DNA of 63,906 nucleotides, counting the filler, from Squatina squatina (Eukaryota), in the NCBI GenBank assembly GCA_031763465.1. It is 4 parts of 4 records of this genome, joined end to end, with 100 filler letters (N's around TTAATTAATTAA, not from the genome) between each part and the next. Parts side by side here need not be neighbours in the genome. Positions count along the whole stretch, not along the records: positions 20,410 to 34,857 come from JARFOE010000080.1; positions 34,958 to 51,889 come from JARFOE010000058.1; 2 more parts are not named here. One strand, 5' to 3'. Every line of letters starts with the position of its first letter. Positions within the stretch are counted from its first letter, which is position 1. A program made the translations under genes and the position numbers. Under the pieces are notes generated by a model that saw only the letters and a list, made by a program, of their open reading frames with translations, ran no database searches and was not told where the DNA came from. Positions 24,244-35,960 of this stretch are shown one piece after another.

Positions 24244-26549
24244 TCTCCAGATTTATGGCCAAGATGGTGGATGGATCTCAAAGACTGGTTCCGTCCATGT
24301 TGTTATACGAGTTGAAGATGTCAATGACAATCCTCCAACATTTTGTGACACTGTGTTTTTTGCAACTGTGGCAGAGAACTCACCATGTGGCACCACAGTC
24401 CTTACAGTAAATGCAACAGACAATGACTCTGGAATCCATGCTGAGATAAATTATGCTATTGAGGATGGCTGTACAGAAGTGTTTTTAATAGATCCACAGA
24501 CTGGTATAATAACTGTGCAAGAAATTTTAAATTTTGAGCTGCATCAGTTCTATGAAGTAACTGTCAGAGCATTTAACACTCATGATATTAATCAATTCAG
24601 TCTGGCTAAAGTATATGTTAACGTCACAGGAGTGAATGAATACATTCCTCAATTTGGTAAAACACTGTATAATTTTGCCGTTTCAGAGAATGCACTTAAA
24701 GGAACTATTGTAGGTTGTGTGACTGCAACCGATCACGATCTNNNNNNNNNNNNNNNNNNNNNNNNNNNNNNNNNNNNNNNNNNNNNNNNNNNNNNNNNNN
24801 NNNNNNNNNNNNNNNNNNNNNNNNNNNNNNNNNNNNNNNNNNNNNNNNNNNNNNNNNNNNNNNNNNNNNNNNNNNNNNNNNNNNNNNNNNNNNNNNNNNN
24901 NNNNNNNNNNNNNNNNNNNNNNNNNNNNNNNNNNNNNATTACTATTCTGGATGATAATGATGTCCCAGTATTTAAATCTGCTGTCTATCAGACCCATGTT
25001 AGAGAAGATGAAGTTGTTAGCACTTCAATCATAACTCTGATGGCCGATGACTCAGATACCATTCCAGAGTGGAATCAGCTCATAATTAAAATTAAAGATG
25101 GAAACAAAAACAATTCATTTTCTATCAATTTTAGAACCGGTGAAATATTTATTGCATCTTCTCTTGACAGGGAGACCATACCACTTTATAACATGACCAT
25201 CATTGCATTTGATAGAGCGGCCAACCCAGCAACAGGTAGCACCCAACTAGTGATCATAGTTGATGATGTTAATGATAATGGTCCCGTTCTTGTTAGTACT
25301 GAAGGGTATGTAATGGAGAATCAACCTCCTGGCACACAATTTATTTCCCTGAATGTCACAGATCTGGACCTACCTCCCAATCAAGGGCCATTCAGTTACC
25401 ACCTAGCAGATAATAATGCCAGTAGTTTTGTTGCATTGTCTCCAGCTGGTAATTTGTCCACTAAGAAAATGATTGACAGAGAACTTGTTAGTGAGTTGTA
25501 TTTGCCTATAATCGTGCACGATTCTGGAATCCCACCAATGTCTTCAATGAGTATTTTTCATGTCCTTGTTCTAGATCAAAATGACAACCCTCCTCTGCCC
25601 AGAAACCTTTATATTCAAGTCAATTATTATGGTAAATATTTCCCTGGTGGTAAGGTAGGTAGTGTGAAGCCAGAAGATCCAGATGTGTCAGATATATTCA
25701 ACNNNNNNNNNNNNNNNNNNNNNNNNNNNNNNNNNNNNNNNNNNNNNNNNNNNNNNNNNNNNNNNNNNNNNNNNNNNNNNNNNNNNNNNNNNNNNNNNNN
25801 NNNNNNNNNNNNNNNNNNNNNNNNNNNNNNNNNNNNNNNNNNNNNNNNNNNNNNNNNNNNNNNNNNNNNNNNNNNNNNNNNNNNNNNNNNNNNNNNNNNN
25901 NNNNNNNNNNNNNNNNNNATTAAGGAGTTTCTGGATAAGAAATATCTACATTTCGTCAAAGCTATTGATGATCTCCTAAGCAAAAATAACACAAAACTGT
26001 ATGTCTTTGGGATGATGCCCATGAGTAATGAAGCTCTCTTGATGACAGCAATTAGAAATAACAATGGGCAGGATCTATCTAGGAGCACTGTGATTGATTT
26101 TTTCACATTTCACAAAGAGTGGTTTAGGACTCATACTGGAATCACAATTTCTGCAGTTGGCTATGATCCTTGTGCAACAAACCCTTGTCGCCATGGTGCT
26201 ACCTGCACAAAGCAAACTGGTGTCAGCTTAGACACTGTAGTTCTAGAAAGTTCTTCTGTCATTTTTCTGAGTCACGTCCTAATGGGGCCCTTTAACTGCA
26301 GCTGCCCTAATGGGTATGTTGGCCAGTTGTGTGAGTTGGACATTGATGAATGTCAAGCTGCCCCATGTAGTAATCATGGAACCTGCTTGAACTACCCAGG
26401 AAGATTCTCTTGCTCTTGTCCTGAAGGCATAACCGGTCCCCTTTGTAGAACAGATATAAATGAATGCCAACAAAACCTGTGCCAGAATGGAGCTACTTGC
26501 CTGAATATGCCTGGAGACTTTCTATGTATATGTCCTCCAAGTTATACAG
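24244..26549 (+). CDS. FAT4-like protocadherin exon: last cadherin repeats, linker and three EGF-like domains
   Basis: ttacag| acceptor (24251 is an alternative); cadherin motifs, then CATNPCRHGATC, DIDECQAAPCSNHGTC and DINECQQNLCQNGATC; phase-1 donor ACAG|gtaata. Confidence 0.92.
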
Positions 26550-26879
26550 GTAATAATGACAATAACTAAACATTTTTTTAGACAAAGCTAATAATATATA
26601 CAGAATATTTACNNNNNNNNNNNNNNNNNNACATAATTTTGCATAATCATAAGTTCAGGCTTTGGCCATAATGAAGATATATTCAAACTTGTTTATTTTA
26701 ACATTACATTTTTTTTAGCGTGGCTCTTCCTTTGCATGTACAATTCTATTCTATTGTGCTTAATTTAAAAACTTTATTTTATCATTACGCTCCAGTAAAA
26801 TTAGTATATATATGTTGTATAGGTCATCTCTGATCACACCCTCATTTTTCTTTCCACCTACCTTCGCCCTTCTCTCCTT

Positions 26880-27660
26880 CAACACCCATGGAAAAAACTC
26901 TCCCTTAAGTTCTTTACAACCTCACTCCCAAACTTCTAACTCCATTGTCTTTGTCCCTTCACTTGTAATGATATGTCTGCTGCTGTTGACTTACTCAAAC
27001 ACTTCCTCGCTTATGTAGTCAAAGCTTCTGTTCCCGGTAAAACAATCGTTTTCTCCCTCCTCTCTCATGTCCTTGATGTGACCCCCATCTTCACTCCCTG
27101 AAGTCACAGTGGCGCAAACTCAAACATATCTGTCACTCAACTGACCTTGCCATTTCTCGCCAGATCTGGCTTGACCACATCAAGCGCTATGCTGCTCCAT
27201 CCTCCTCAGTCATAACCACCCACTATCTTAGAATCATGCTAGACCGGTTCTTTTTCACCATAACACACCATACCATAATTCTCTCTCTCTTGCTCTTCCA
27301 TCCTCACCTCAAACACAAGTGTGAGTGGCTAATGAATTCCTTCATTATCGTGATCGAGACCATCCATACGGATCACTTCATTGCGTTCACCCCTTCATCT
27401 TGCCCTGAGACCCCTGCTCATCTCCCAGCCGCTTCAATGTTCAAATCCTATCTTTCTGTACTCTCTCCTATCTGCCCGCTACCTTCAGAAAGGTCATAAG
27501 AACCATCTACTGGTCCCTTTATACCCTTACCAACCAATTCCTGATCAATCAAATCGCCTTCCTGGGACCAATGTCAGTTCACATTTTCAATGGTTCTGCC
27601 TTGTCAAACATGTCAATCTCCCCTTCAAAACCAAAACCTTCAAACTCTCTTCATAACAGC
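26880..27660 (+). mobile_element. L2-like LINE ORF2 relic
   Basis: Pyrimidine-rich block; one frame reads WRKLKHI..TDLAISRQIWLDHIKRY, like L2 ORF2 linker regions. Confidence 0.5.
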
Positions 27661-28028
27661 CATTCCCCACCCAAGAAGTTAGACATGAATGCTGCTCTTG
27701 AGCCACTTGCTATATAGTCAGAAAGGGTGGTCTGGGCATGGTTTGTTTTCTGGGTTTTTTCCCCCTTCTTTATATAGTCTCATCCTCCCTCATCTTTCAT
27801 GAGCAAGTTCACCTTGACCATAAATTCTCCGTATGATGTTTCATAGACTTGAACTTGTACCTTACAACTCCCTCCCACCTCACATTAGTATTTGATAATA
27901 GTTTTGCAGTTTCAAGATCGTTCATTTTCAATATTGTATTCTAGTCAACATGTTAAAGTTATTTAAGAAAATTGTATTTAGTGGAATAGACTATATTGTA
28001 CTGCAATAATAATGTAGGTTTGTTACAG

Positions 28029-28133
28029 GTAAATTGTGTCAAAATACAATAAACTACTGTGTGATGTCGCCTTGCCTGAACCAAGGAACGTGTGTGAACC
28101 TTCCCAGTGGATACAGTTGCAAATGCCCATTTG
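28029..28133 (+). CDS. FAT4-like EGF exon (105 nt, absent from the ORF track)
   Basis: tgttacag|..(G)KLCQNTINYCVMSPCLNQGTCVNLPSGYSCKCPF(G)|gtaagt; phase 1-1 fits both neighbouring exons. Confidence 0.93.
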
Positions 28134-28408
28134 GTAAGTGCTCTTTTATGCCAACATTATCTTCATCTGATTTTGTATAGCGATGAGTTGTAGATATTGT
28201 CAAAAGAGCATTACAATAGAATCATACAGCACAGAAAGAGGCCATTCGCCCATTGCGCCTGGCCTACAGACTAGAATCAACTCCAGAAGACATTTTTCCA
28301 TTTCCTGTCTGAGTGAGATTGTTAACAAAGTACCACTTTTGTATTGTGGGCTATTAGGAACTGGATACAGAGCCCCAAACTAATTTTCAGTAACATTCTC
28401 CTTTTTAT

Positions 28409-28688
28409 ATGTTGGGAAGTGTTGACACTGGCAAAGCAGTATTTATTGCCCAATCCTGGTTGTCCTGAGGTCATTAAGAGTCAACCACATAGTGGGAGGC
28501 TGGAGTCATACATAGGCCATACCAGATTGGACATAAGTGGGTTTTCACAACAATCCATCTGCTTTCATGGCCACTGCTAGCCCACAAATTATTGGATTTA
28601 ATTTTATAACTTGCTATGATGGTATTTAAACTCACATCTGGGTTGCTAGTCCAATGCCATTTCCAGTAGGCTACATTAACCATACCCT
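28409..28688 (-). mobile_element. Degenerate copy of the tRNA-derived SINE
   Basis: Reverse-complement similarity to 19032-19422 (ATTTATTGCCC, AGTCAACCACAT, CTGGAGTCA). Confidence 0.6.
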
Positions 28689-29067
28689 TCTAGCTGTTGA
28701 TAGAAGCAGGCTATTATCCTATCAGGCTGAGCTGGATTTGAACCCTGGACCCGAAACTGATGGGCGAGCATCCAACACATTCACCACCCAATCTGCTATA
28801 TGACTATTAAAGTTTCTGAAACTTAGGGTAGATAGCTTGTGAATTTATTGAGGTATTTGTTGATTCTTCAAGAAATATATCAAGGGAAAGAAATTTTCAT
28901 TAGAACTGTATGATGTTGGGGCACCATAATGAGTTTCATCAAACACTCTGTTGCACACCAAAAGATCNNNNNNNNNNNNNNNNNNNNNNNNNNNNNNNNN
29001 NNNNNNNNNNNNNNNNNNNNNNNNNNNNNNNNNNNNNNNNNNNNNNNNNNNNNNNNNNNNNNNNNNN

Positions 29068-30130
29068 CACTGCCTCTGTAACCCCATGGGTTTGAATTTT
29101 ACTCACAAGTCTATTATCTGGTACTTGTTTATGTGCCTTTTGAAAGCCAATATACACATCAACCATACTACCCTCATCAATTCTCTCTGTTACTTCATCA
29201 AAAAACTCAATCAAGTTAGTCAAACACAAATTGCCTTTAGCAAATCCATTTATTAACCCGTATTTTTGCAATTGCCAATTAATTTTTGCCCCAGATTATT
29301 CTCTTTCAAAGTTTCGCCACCACTCGACAAACTGACCGGCCTGTAGATGCCAGGCTTATCCCTTTCCTTTTTTAGAACAAGGGTTCAACATTTGCAATCC
29401 TCCAGACCTCTGGCACCACCCCCACATCTAACAAGTATTGGAAAATTGTAGCCAGAGCCTCTGCAATTTCCATCCTTATTCCCTTCAGCAATCTAGGCTG
29501 CATCCCATCCGGTCCAGATGACTTTACTACTTTGAGCACTGCCAACTTTTTAAGTACCTCCTCTTTATCTATTTTTATCCCATTCAATTTCTGTATGATC
29601 TCCTCCTGAGCATCATCTTTTTTTATTGAAGACCTATGCAAAGTATTCATTTAGTACCTCAGCCATGTCCTCTGCCTCCACAAGATGGTTTCCTTTATTG
29701 TCCTTCATCGGCCCCACCATTTCTTTAACTATCCTTTCAATATTTATATGTTTATAAAAGACTTTTGGGGTCCTTTTTTTGTTACCCGCTAATCTATTCT
29801 CATACTGTCTCTTTGCCGCTCTTCTTTCCTTTTTTTGTACTCTAATTTTTGTATTCAACTTGGTTCTGTACTGAATTATGAACTTTACATTTGTTAAAAG
29901 CCCCCTTTTTCTGTTTTATTTTAAACTCATCATCCAGCTCGAGCTTTGGATGCACTTTCCCCTTCGTGGGAATGTGTCTAATCTGTAGCCGAAATAGCTC
30001 CTCTTTGAAGGTGTCCTATTGCTCATTTGCTGTTTTACCTACCAGATCCCATTTCAGCTCGCTGAAATTAGTCCTACTCCAGTTGAATATTTTCACATTT
30101 GATGTTTCCTTATCCTTTTCATTAACTATT
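29068..30130 (-). mobile_element. CR1 LINE ORF2 internal fragment (decayed)
   Basis: KSSGPDGMQPRLLK, VPEVWRIANVEPLF, GFAKGNLCLTNLIEFFDEVT and FQKA..VP..RL, with frameshifts. Confidence 0.9.
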
Positions 30131-30137
30131 CTTCCGT

Positions 30138-30691
30138 GACAGGGGAGGGCCGCTGCACACTCTGCATGGCTTCTGATGGCCTCCCTGGGTATGGTACCGA
30201 GGCCGCAGCCCAGCACCCACACAGAGTGCCAGGCTGCTCATTGGCAGACTAGACCACGCAATGGAGGAGCAATTCAGGCTGACCGCTGAGTTGGCCAAAT
30301 GTTCAAAATGGTGACACATGGCGCTCTCCACCTTCCCTTTAACTTCCGCCCCATGAGCTGATGTCAGTCCGGTTCGTGATTTGCGAGGCTGGTGCTGACA
30401 CTGCTCACGGCAGCCTCGCAGGGCGCTGGGCAGTTTCCACTGTGGGGCGGAAAGAGGCCGCCGTGGAGCGCAAAGGCATCACCGCGCACGCCGATGACAT
30501 CATTGCTGGTTGCATGGCAGCCTGGGGCACTATGATGGGGCGCGGCACTACAGTGTTCACACCTCCACTAACTCACGTGAAATTTCACAGGAGCCGGTAG
30601 CGCCCCCTTTGGGCAAAAACACTTTTGTGCCCCATTATCGCCCCCCGGAGGTGCTAACGGGAGGCACAAAGGCAGCCAATTTCTCCCCCAT
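30138..30691. mobile_element. GC-rich non-autonomous DNA-transposon-like repeat
   Basis: CpG-rich block abutting the CR1 and ending AATTTCTCCCCC. Confidence 0.45.
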
Positions 30692-30903
30692 GTACAGGCC
30701 AGCCAGACCAAATCATGTAGCCTGTATGGGTAGGTTATTGTTTTCAAGTTGTAAATCAAGATTATAAAAGGACTAAATTTCCACTGCATATTGAAATACT
30801 TGTGTTTCCAATACATTTGCCCATTACCATCGTACGTAGCCTAATAGCCTTGTCCTTTTACATATTTTTTTCCCATTACATTATCGCATCTATTCCCATA
30901 CAG

Positions 30904-31162
30904 GTACCAGTGGGAATGAATGTGATGTGAGCAGCCTTGGATTTGAAGAGCTCTCCTACATGGAATTCCCTTCTCTTGATCCTAGAAACAATATGATTTA
31001 TGTGGAATTTGCCACGATAAAAGAAAATTCCCTGCTCCTGTATAACTATGACAACAAAGAAGGTGCAGAGGGTGAATTTCTTGCACTGGAAATAGTGAAT
31101 GGTAAAGTGGAGTTTTCTTATAATGTCGGAAATGGAATTGTTAGGCTGGTAACGGATCAGCA
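30904..31162 (+). CDS. FAT4-like exon: end of EGF and start of laminin G domain
   Basis: catacag|(G)TSGNECDVSSLGFEELSYMEFPSLDPRNNMIYVEFATIKENSLLLYNYDN; GFEELSYMEFPSLDP.NN.IYV.FATIK is the FAT4 motif as I recall it; truncated by a gap. Confidence 0.93.
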
Positions 31163-32823
31163 NNNNNNNNNNNNNNNNNNNNNNNNNNNNNNNNNNNNNN
31201 NNNNNNNNNNNNNNNNNNNNNNNNNNNNNNNNNNNNNNNNNNNNNNNNNNNNNNNNNNNNNNAAATCTACCTGTTTGGGCCTCTTCTGGATCCAGCTCCT
31301 CTTCCCGGTAGGTTCACCTAGCAGGAAACCCACAATGGCTTCCCCACTCAGGCACCGGTTAAAATAGCAGTCGAGCAAGGTGAAATCATCAGAGCCCAAT
31401 CTGCATATTTAAAGAAGGACACCACCAGTTTAGCAAGTATCCTTCCTGTCTGCTCAGAATAGCAGGTTATAATAGAAGATTGGGGGAGGGAAAGGGACAT
31501 CGGCAGGTAAATCTCCCAGGTGATTTTAACTGCCTTCCCATCCAGTTAAAATCACCCCTCAACAAACTCATCCATTGTCTTTTTATCATATGCATAAAAA
31601 TGAAAGACTGCTGCCCTCTACTGTTTAAATTACCAGCTTTATTGACTGTTTCACAATCACGGTTCAGAAGCACTATTAAACCCTCCCTGTCTAATTTCCC
31701 CCTTGTCTTCCCCTCTCTTTCATGAGTTCTCACATCCCCAGTTTAGGTGAGTAGGTGAATGAGCCACAACTGTTTCTATGACTTTGTATTTGTACTTAAC
31801 ATTTGAGAGGAGGCGCATAAACTATAGAGATAACATTACCATGAAACATTACCAGAANNNNNNNNNNATAGTGGAAATATTTGACTGCTTACAGCCCAGT
31901 CACAAGTTGACAGCTTCAATTCCCAGAGATAATTGTCACTCAGATATACCTGTCTCCACTCAGGATATTATGTCAGTTCACATCCGCACTGATATATGGA
32001 ATGCTCCATAATGACACGGCTTTCAAAAGAAAGATAATAGTACCATGTATCTCTCAAAAAAGAAGTATGCAAACATCAATGTATGATTTTCTATATGTTT
32101 TTATAAAGATTACCGAGAGATCCAGTAAATTCTGTTTTCAGTACCAACAGGCTTAAGCATAAAACAGTAAAATTAATAAAGACTGGGTAGTTATCATCAT
32201 GGCTCTGATAATGAACATTGTCTGTACTGCCAGGCAATAGACAGAGCTGCTGGTGTTCCTATACCTCTGCACCTAGGTTTTGTGTTTGTTTAATGGCACG
32301 TCAGAGCTGGCATAAATTAAACATGAGACTTTGCTCTCATTGCACAGATTTTTCTACATATTAATCAATCTGGCTTTGTACTGTGTTTTGCCGAGTTAAN
32401 NNNNNNNNNNNNNNNNNNNNNNNNNNNNNNNNNNNNNNNNNNNNNNNNNNNNNNNNNNNNNNNNNNNNNNNNNNNNNNNNNNNNNNNNNNNNNNNNNNNN
32501 NNNNNNNNNNNNNNNNNNNNNNNNNNNNNNNNNNNNNNNNNNNNNNNNNNNNNNNNNNNNNNNNNNNNNNNNNNNNNNNNNNNNNNNNNNNNNNNNNNNN
32601 NNNNNNNNNNNNNNNNNNNNNNNNNNNNNNNNNNNNNNNNNNNNNNNNNNNNNNNNNNNNNNNNNNNNNNNNNNNNNNNNNNNNNNNNNNNNNNNNNNNN
32701 NNNNNNNNNNNNNNNNNNNNNNNNNNNNNNNNNNNNNNNNNNNNNNNNNNNNNNNNNNNNNNNNNNNNNNNNNNNNNNNNNNNNNNNNNNNNNNNNNNNN
32801 NNNNNNNNNNNNNNNNNNNNNNN

Positions 32824-33011
32824 TAAACGTGCCAACCATGATGTCCGCAGCATCACAGATGCTCCACAGTGAATCCATCCACAATGTGGTTAGCCAGTAA
32901 CTGCAGCTGGATACACTTCCTGCACACATGGTCGCCACGGACACTGGAAGTGTCCCTGATTTTCCACATTGCACAGGAGGAGCATGCCACGGGGCCGAGC
33001 TCTCCTACCAT
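32824..33011 (-). mobile_element. CR1 ORF1 N-terminal zinc-finger fragment
   Basis: MVGELGPVACSSCAMWKIRDTSSVRGDHVCRKCIQLQLL has CxxC...CxxC followed by a leucine-rich helix. Confidence 0.7.
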
Positions 33012-33419
33012 GACTTAACTTTAGATTAAGCTCCTTTGTTACTCCCTTTAATTAAGAATACTAATTACGCTAAGTACGTTATTCCACTCCAAAGCTCCGA
33101 CTTACCACCTCCCGATTTCACCTCCCAGGAGGCGCTAGCCACCTAAAAACTTCAAGCATTCGGCCTTCGCAGAGGTGCCAGCCAATTTCACCCCCAAGGT
33201 TTTGCACAAGGGTGAATAGTCAATTTAATTGTTGTATAGATATGTGGTTCATGTTTTATGATATAAATTTAATTGGAATGTTGCATATTTGGTGCTGTCT
33301 CTCATTTCAGTTCTGGGGCTCTGCTATACAGTATGAAATTTATGTAATGATGGGGATGTGCAGACCAATCGGGACTTGGCCTGGAATTCATTGCAGAAGG
33401 CCAATGGAGTGCCTGCCTC

Positions 33420-34500
33420 CTTTGTCACTGCTGCTGCAGCTCCTGTTCCTCCTCCTGCACCTCCTGTTCTTCCTCCTCCTCCTCCTCCTCCTCCTGAGGT
33501 GGTGGAGCTATACCTGGTGGTAATGGCTGCACCCTCATGATGGCCAAGTTATTCAGCATGTATCAGACCAGACGAAAAGGGACACCCACTGAGCCGAGTA
33601 CTGGAGGATTCCTCCTGATTGGCCAAGTCAATGGAACTTTTGCTTGAGCACTCCGATTGTCTGGTCAATGATGTTCCTGGTGGCAGCATGGCTCTCATTA
33701 TATGAGTGCTGGGCACAAGTGTTGGGGTTGCGGAGGGGAGTCATGAGCCAGGTGGAGAGCAGATTGGCCTTGTCTTTCAGCAGCCAGCCGTGAGCTTGAT
33801 GTGGTGGCTGGAACAGAGCTGGCACACCAGTCTCACACAGGATGAAGGCATTGTGGCTGCTGCCAGGACAGTGGGCATTGACGGTGAGGATTCACTGTGT
33901 GTGATCGCACACCAACTGCACATTAAGTGAGTGGAATCCTTTGTGGTGACGAAACATCTCACCATTGAGATGCGGTGCCCACAAAGCCACGAGCGTGCAG
34001 TCGATGGCACCCTGCACCATGGGGCAACCCAATATCCTGCCAAAGCCATGTACGCACTTCTCCCGCTTCTCTCTGTTTTATAGAAGACAATGAAGTTCCC
34101 TCTCCTAGCGAGACCTCCCGGATATAGCGATTGACGCCGAACTGTGAGGTTTTTCACCTGTTCCAGCCTGGAAGGATCCACTGGCAAAAAACTCAGGGCC
34201 ACGGTCACCTTGAGGGCCACTGGCAGTGTTGTCATCACCCTGCTCTGAGCCTGCAGTTGTGATTCCAGGAGGTGGAAGAATTCTGTGACCCCCTCCTTGG
34301 TGAAGCGGAGTTGTTGAACATACTGTTCCTGGTTTAGGTGCAGGTAGGAGAAGTGCTCCCTGAAGACCCGAGGTGAGTAAGGCCTCCTGCAGAAACCCCC
34401 CAAGCCCCTCCTCCTCCCTCTGCGACCAGCTTGTTTTTTTTGCTGTATTTGCAGGTTGGATCCCTGACAGTGGATAATTGCACCAACCATCAGCCAGCAC
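33420..34500 (-). mobile_element. Harbinger/PIF transposase (HARBI1-like DDE nuclease) pseudogene
   Basis: RRPYSPRVFR, LPVALKVTVAL.FFASGSFQ, VQGAIDCT, KGFHSLNVQLVCDH, LMTPLRNP..YNESHAATRNIIDQTIGVLKQKF and an acidic poly-E tail; has stops and frameshifts. Confidence 0.85.
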
Positions 34501-34676
34501 AGTTTTGCTTTGTAAGCACTCCAGGCACAGGCTCAGAAAGGTATCAATGAATATCTGGTTTTATGATTTTCAAAAATTCTTATTCTGTTCAATTGGCCTG
34601 AAGAAAATAATGTCATATTATGTGATTCAATGATATTTCTGCAAATTAATACATTCTTTCCTTGTCTTACTTTTAG

Positions 34677-34856
34677 AACTCTGGATTTGGATAAAAATAG
34701 CATGGTATTTGGAGGAGTCAAATCGATTGACCCAATACTCCTTCGCCCAGATCAAGTAAAAACAGATGACTTCATTGGTTGCATCAAGGAATTTAAACTG
34801 AACAGCGTTCCTGTTAAATTTGCTGAGGCACTGTCTTCATATAACATCCTCACCAG
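34677..34856 (+). CDS. FAT4-like exon: C-terminal half of laminin G domain
   Basis: cttttag| acceptor; TLDLDKNSMVFGGVKSIDPILLRPDQVKTDDFIGCIKEF aligns with FAT4 TLDVQPNRVTVGGIRSLEPILQRRGHVESHDFVGCIMEF (recalled). Confidence 0.9.
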
Positions 34857-34857
34857 G

Positions 34858-34957
34858 NNNNNNNNNNNNNNNNNNNNNNNNNNNNNNNNNNNNNNNNNNN
34901 NTTAATTAATTAANNNNNNNNNNNNNNNNNNNNNNNNNNNNNNNNNNNNNNNNNNNN
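34858..34957. other. Artificial record-joining linker
   Basis: N44-TTAATTAATTAA-N44. Confidence 0.95.
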
Positions 34958-34988
34958 GCAAGAATATACATGATGACTGGGTACTTAC

Positions 34989-35071
34989 TTGCAAGTCAAG
35001 ATGCGAACAACATCATTGGGCTTGTAAGCTTCAATGCACACTGCACAGCTGTCGGCATCTGGCCCAGTCTC
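34989..35071 (-). CDS. RNF128: RNF128 (GRAIL) exon: start of RING-H2 domain
   Basis: cttcag|[27 protein letters not shown]|gtaagt; not in the ORF track. Confidence 0.9.
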
Positions 35072-35579
35072 CTGAAGATCGGAAAGTAAAAGAGTAATTG
35101 GCTACCAGCTTTTAGCGAATCTTCAATAGGAGGTTCTCTCATCCACTGGGCACACACCAATGAGAAGTCAGAGATCATACTGTGTGCAAACTATCATGCA
35201 ACACCCAGTTTAAATCAGCATGCATTCAAGGTTTTTCAAAGCTCAGCGACTAACAATTGACTTATTTTATGAGTACTGAAAGACCCATATCTCAGGGGTT
35301 AGATCTTTTTGCACAAGTGAAAGTCAAATGCCTGGCGAGACGCTCTCTGGGCAGTGGGCATCGGTTTGGTGGAGTGCAAGTTCTAAATTGAACGAATAGG
35401 GGGAAAAAAAAAATGACTTTCTGCAGTTAGGCTTTGGTAGCTCGTCATCGCATGTGAAACTTCAATCCTCGCAACAGTTCCAACGCCAGTTACACTTCTA
35501 CAATAAACTCATCTTTTACATCAACATGCACATCCCTATTTTTAGATTTTCCAACCATTGCTCCCATGCCTCGTGGGAG

Positions 35580-35960
35580 AATATAGGAACAGGAGGAGGC
35601 CATTTAGCCCCTCGAGCCAGCTCTNNNNNNNNNNNNNNNNNNNNNNNNNNNNNNNNNNNNNNNNNNNNNNNNNNNNNNNNNNNNNNNNNNNNNNNNNNNN
35701 NNNNNNNNNNNNNNNNNNNNNNNNCATAACCCTTAATACCCTTACCTAACAAAAATCAATCTGAATTTTGAGATTTTCAATTGACCGCCAGCTTCAATAG
35801 CTTTTTGGGAGAGAGAGAGAGTTCCAAATTTCCATTACCCTTTGTGTGAAGAAGTGCTTCCCGACATCACCCCTGAATAGCCTTGTGCTAATTTTCAGGT
35901 TATGCCCCTTTGCTCTGGACTCCCCCCACCACCAGAGAAAATAGCTTCTCTCTATCTACC
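35580..35960 (-). mobile_element. CR1 LINE 3' end (gapped)
   Basis: GGAGGCCATTTAGCCCCTCGAGCC and GAGTTCCAAATTTCC..CCCTTTGTGTGAAGAAGTGCTTCC match other CR1 copies. Confidence 0.75.

Noticed and set aside
33212-33540. Leu-rich and Pro-rich small ORFs
   Set aside because: They are antisense reads of the (GAG)n acidic tail of the Harbinger transposase relic
33420-34500. Domesticated HARBI1 gene
   Set aside because: Multiple frameshifts and stops, and an intronic location; it is a transposon fossil
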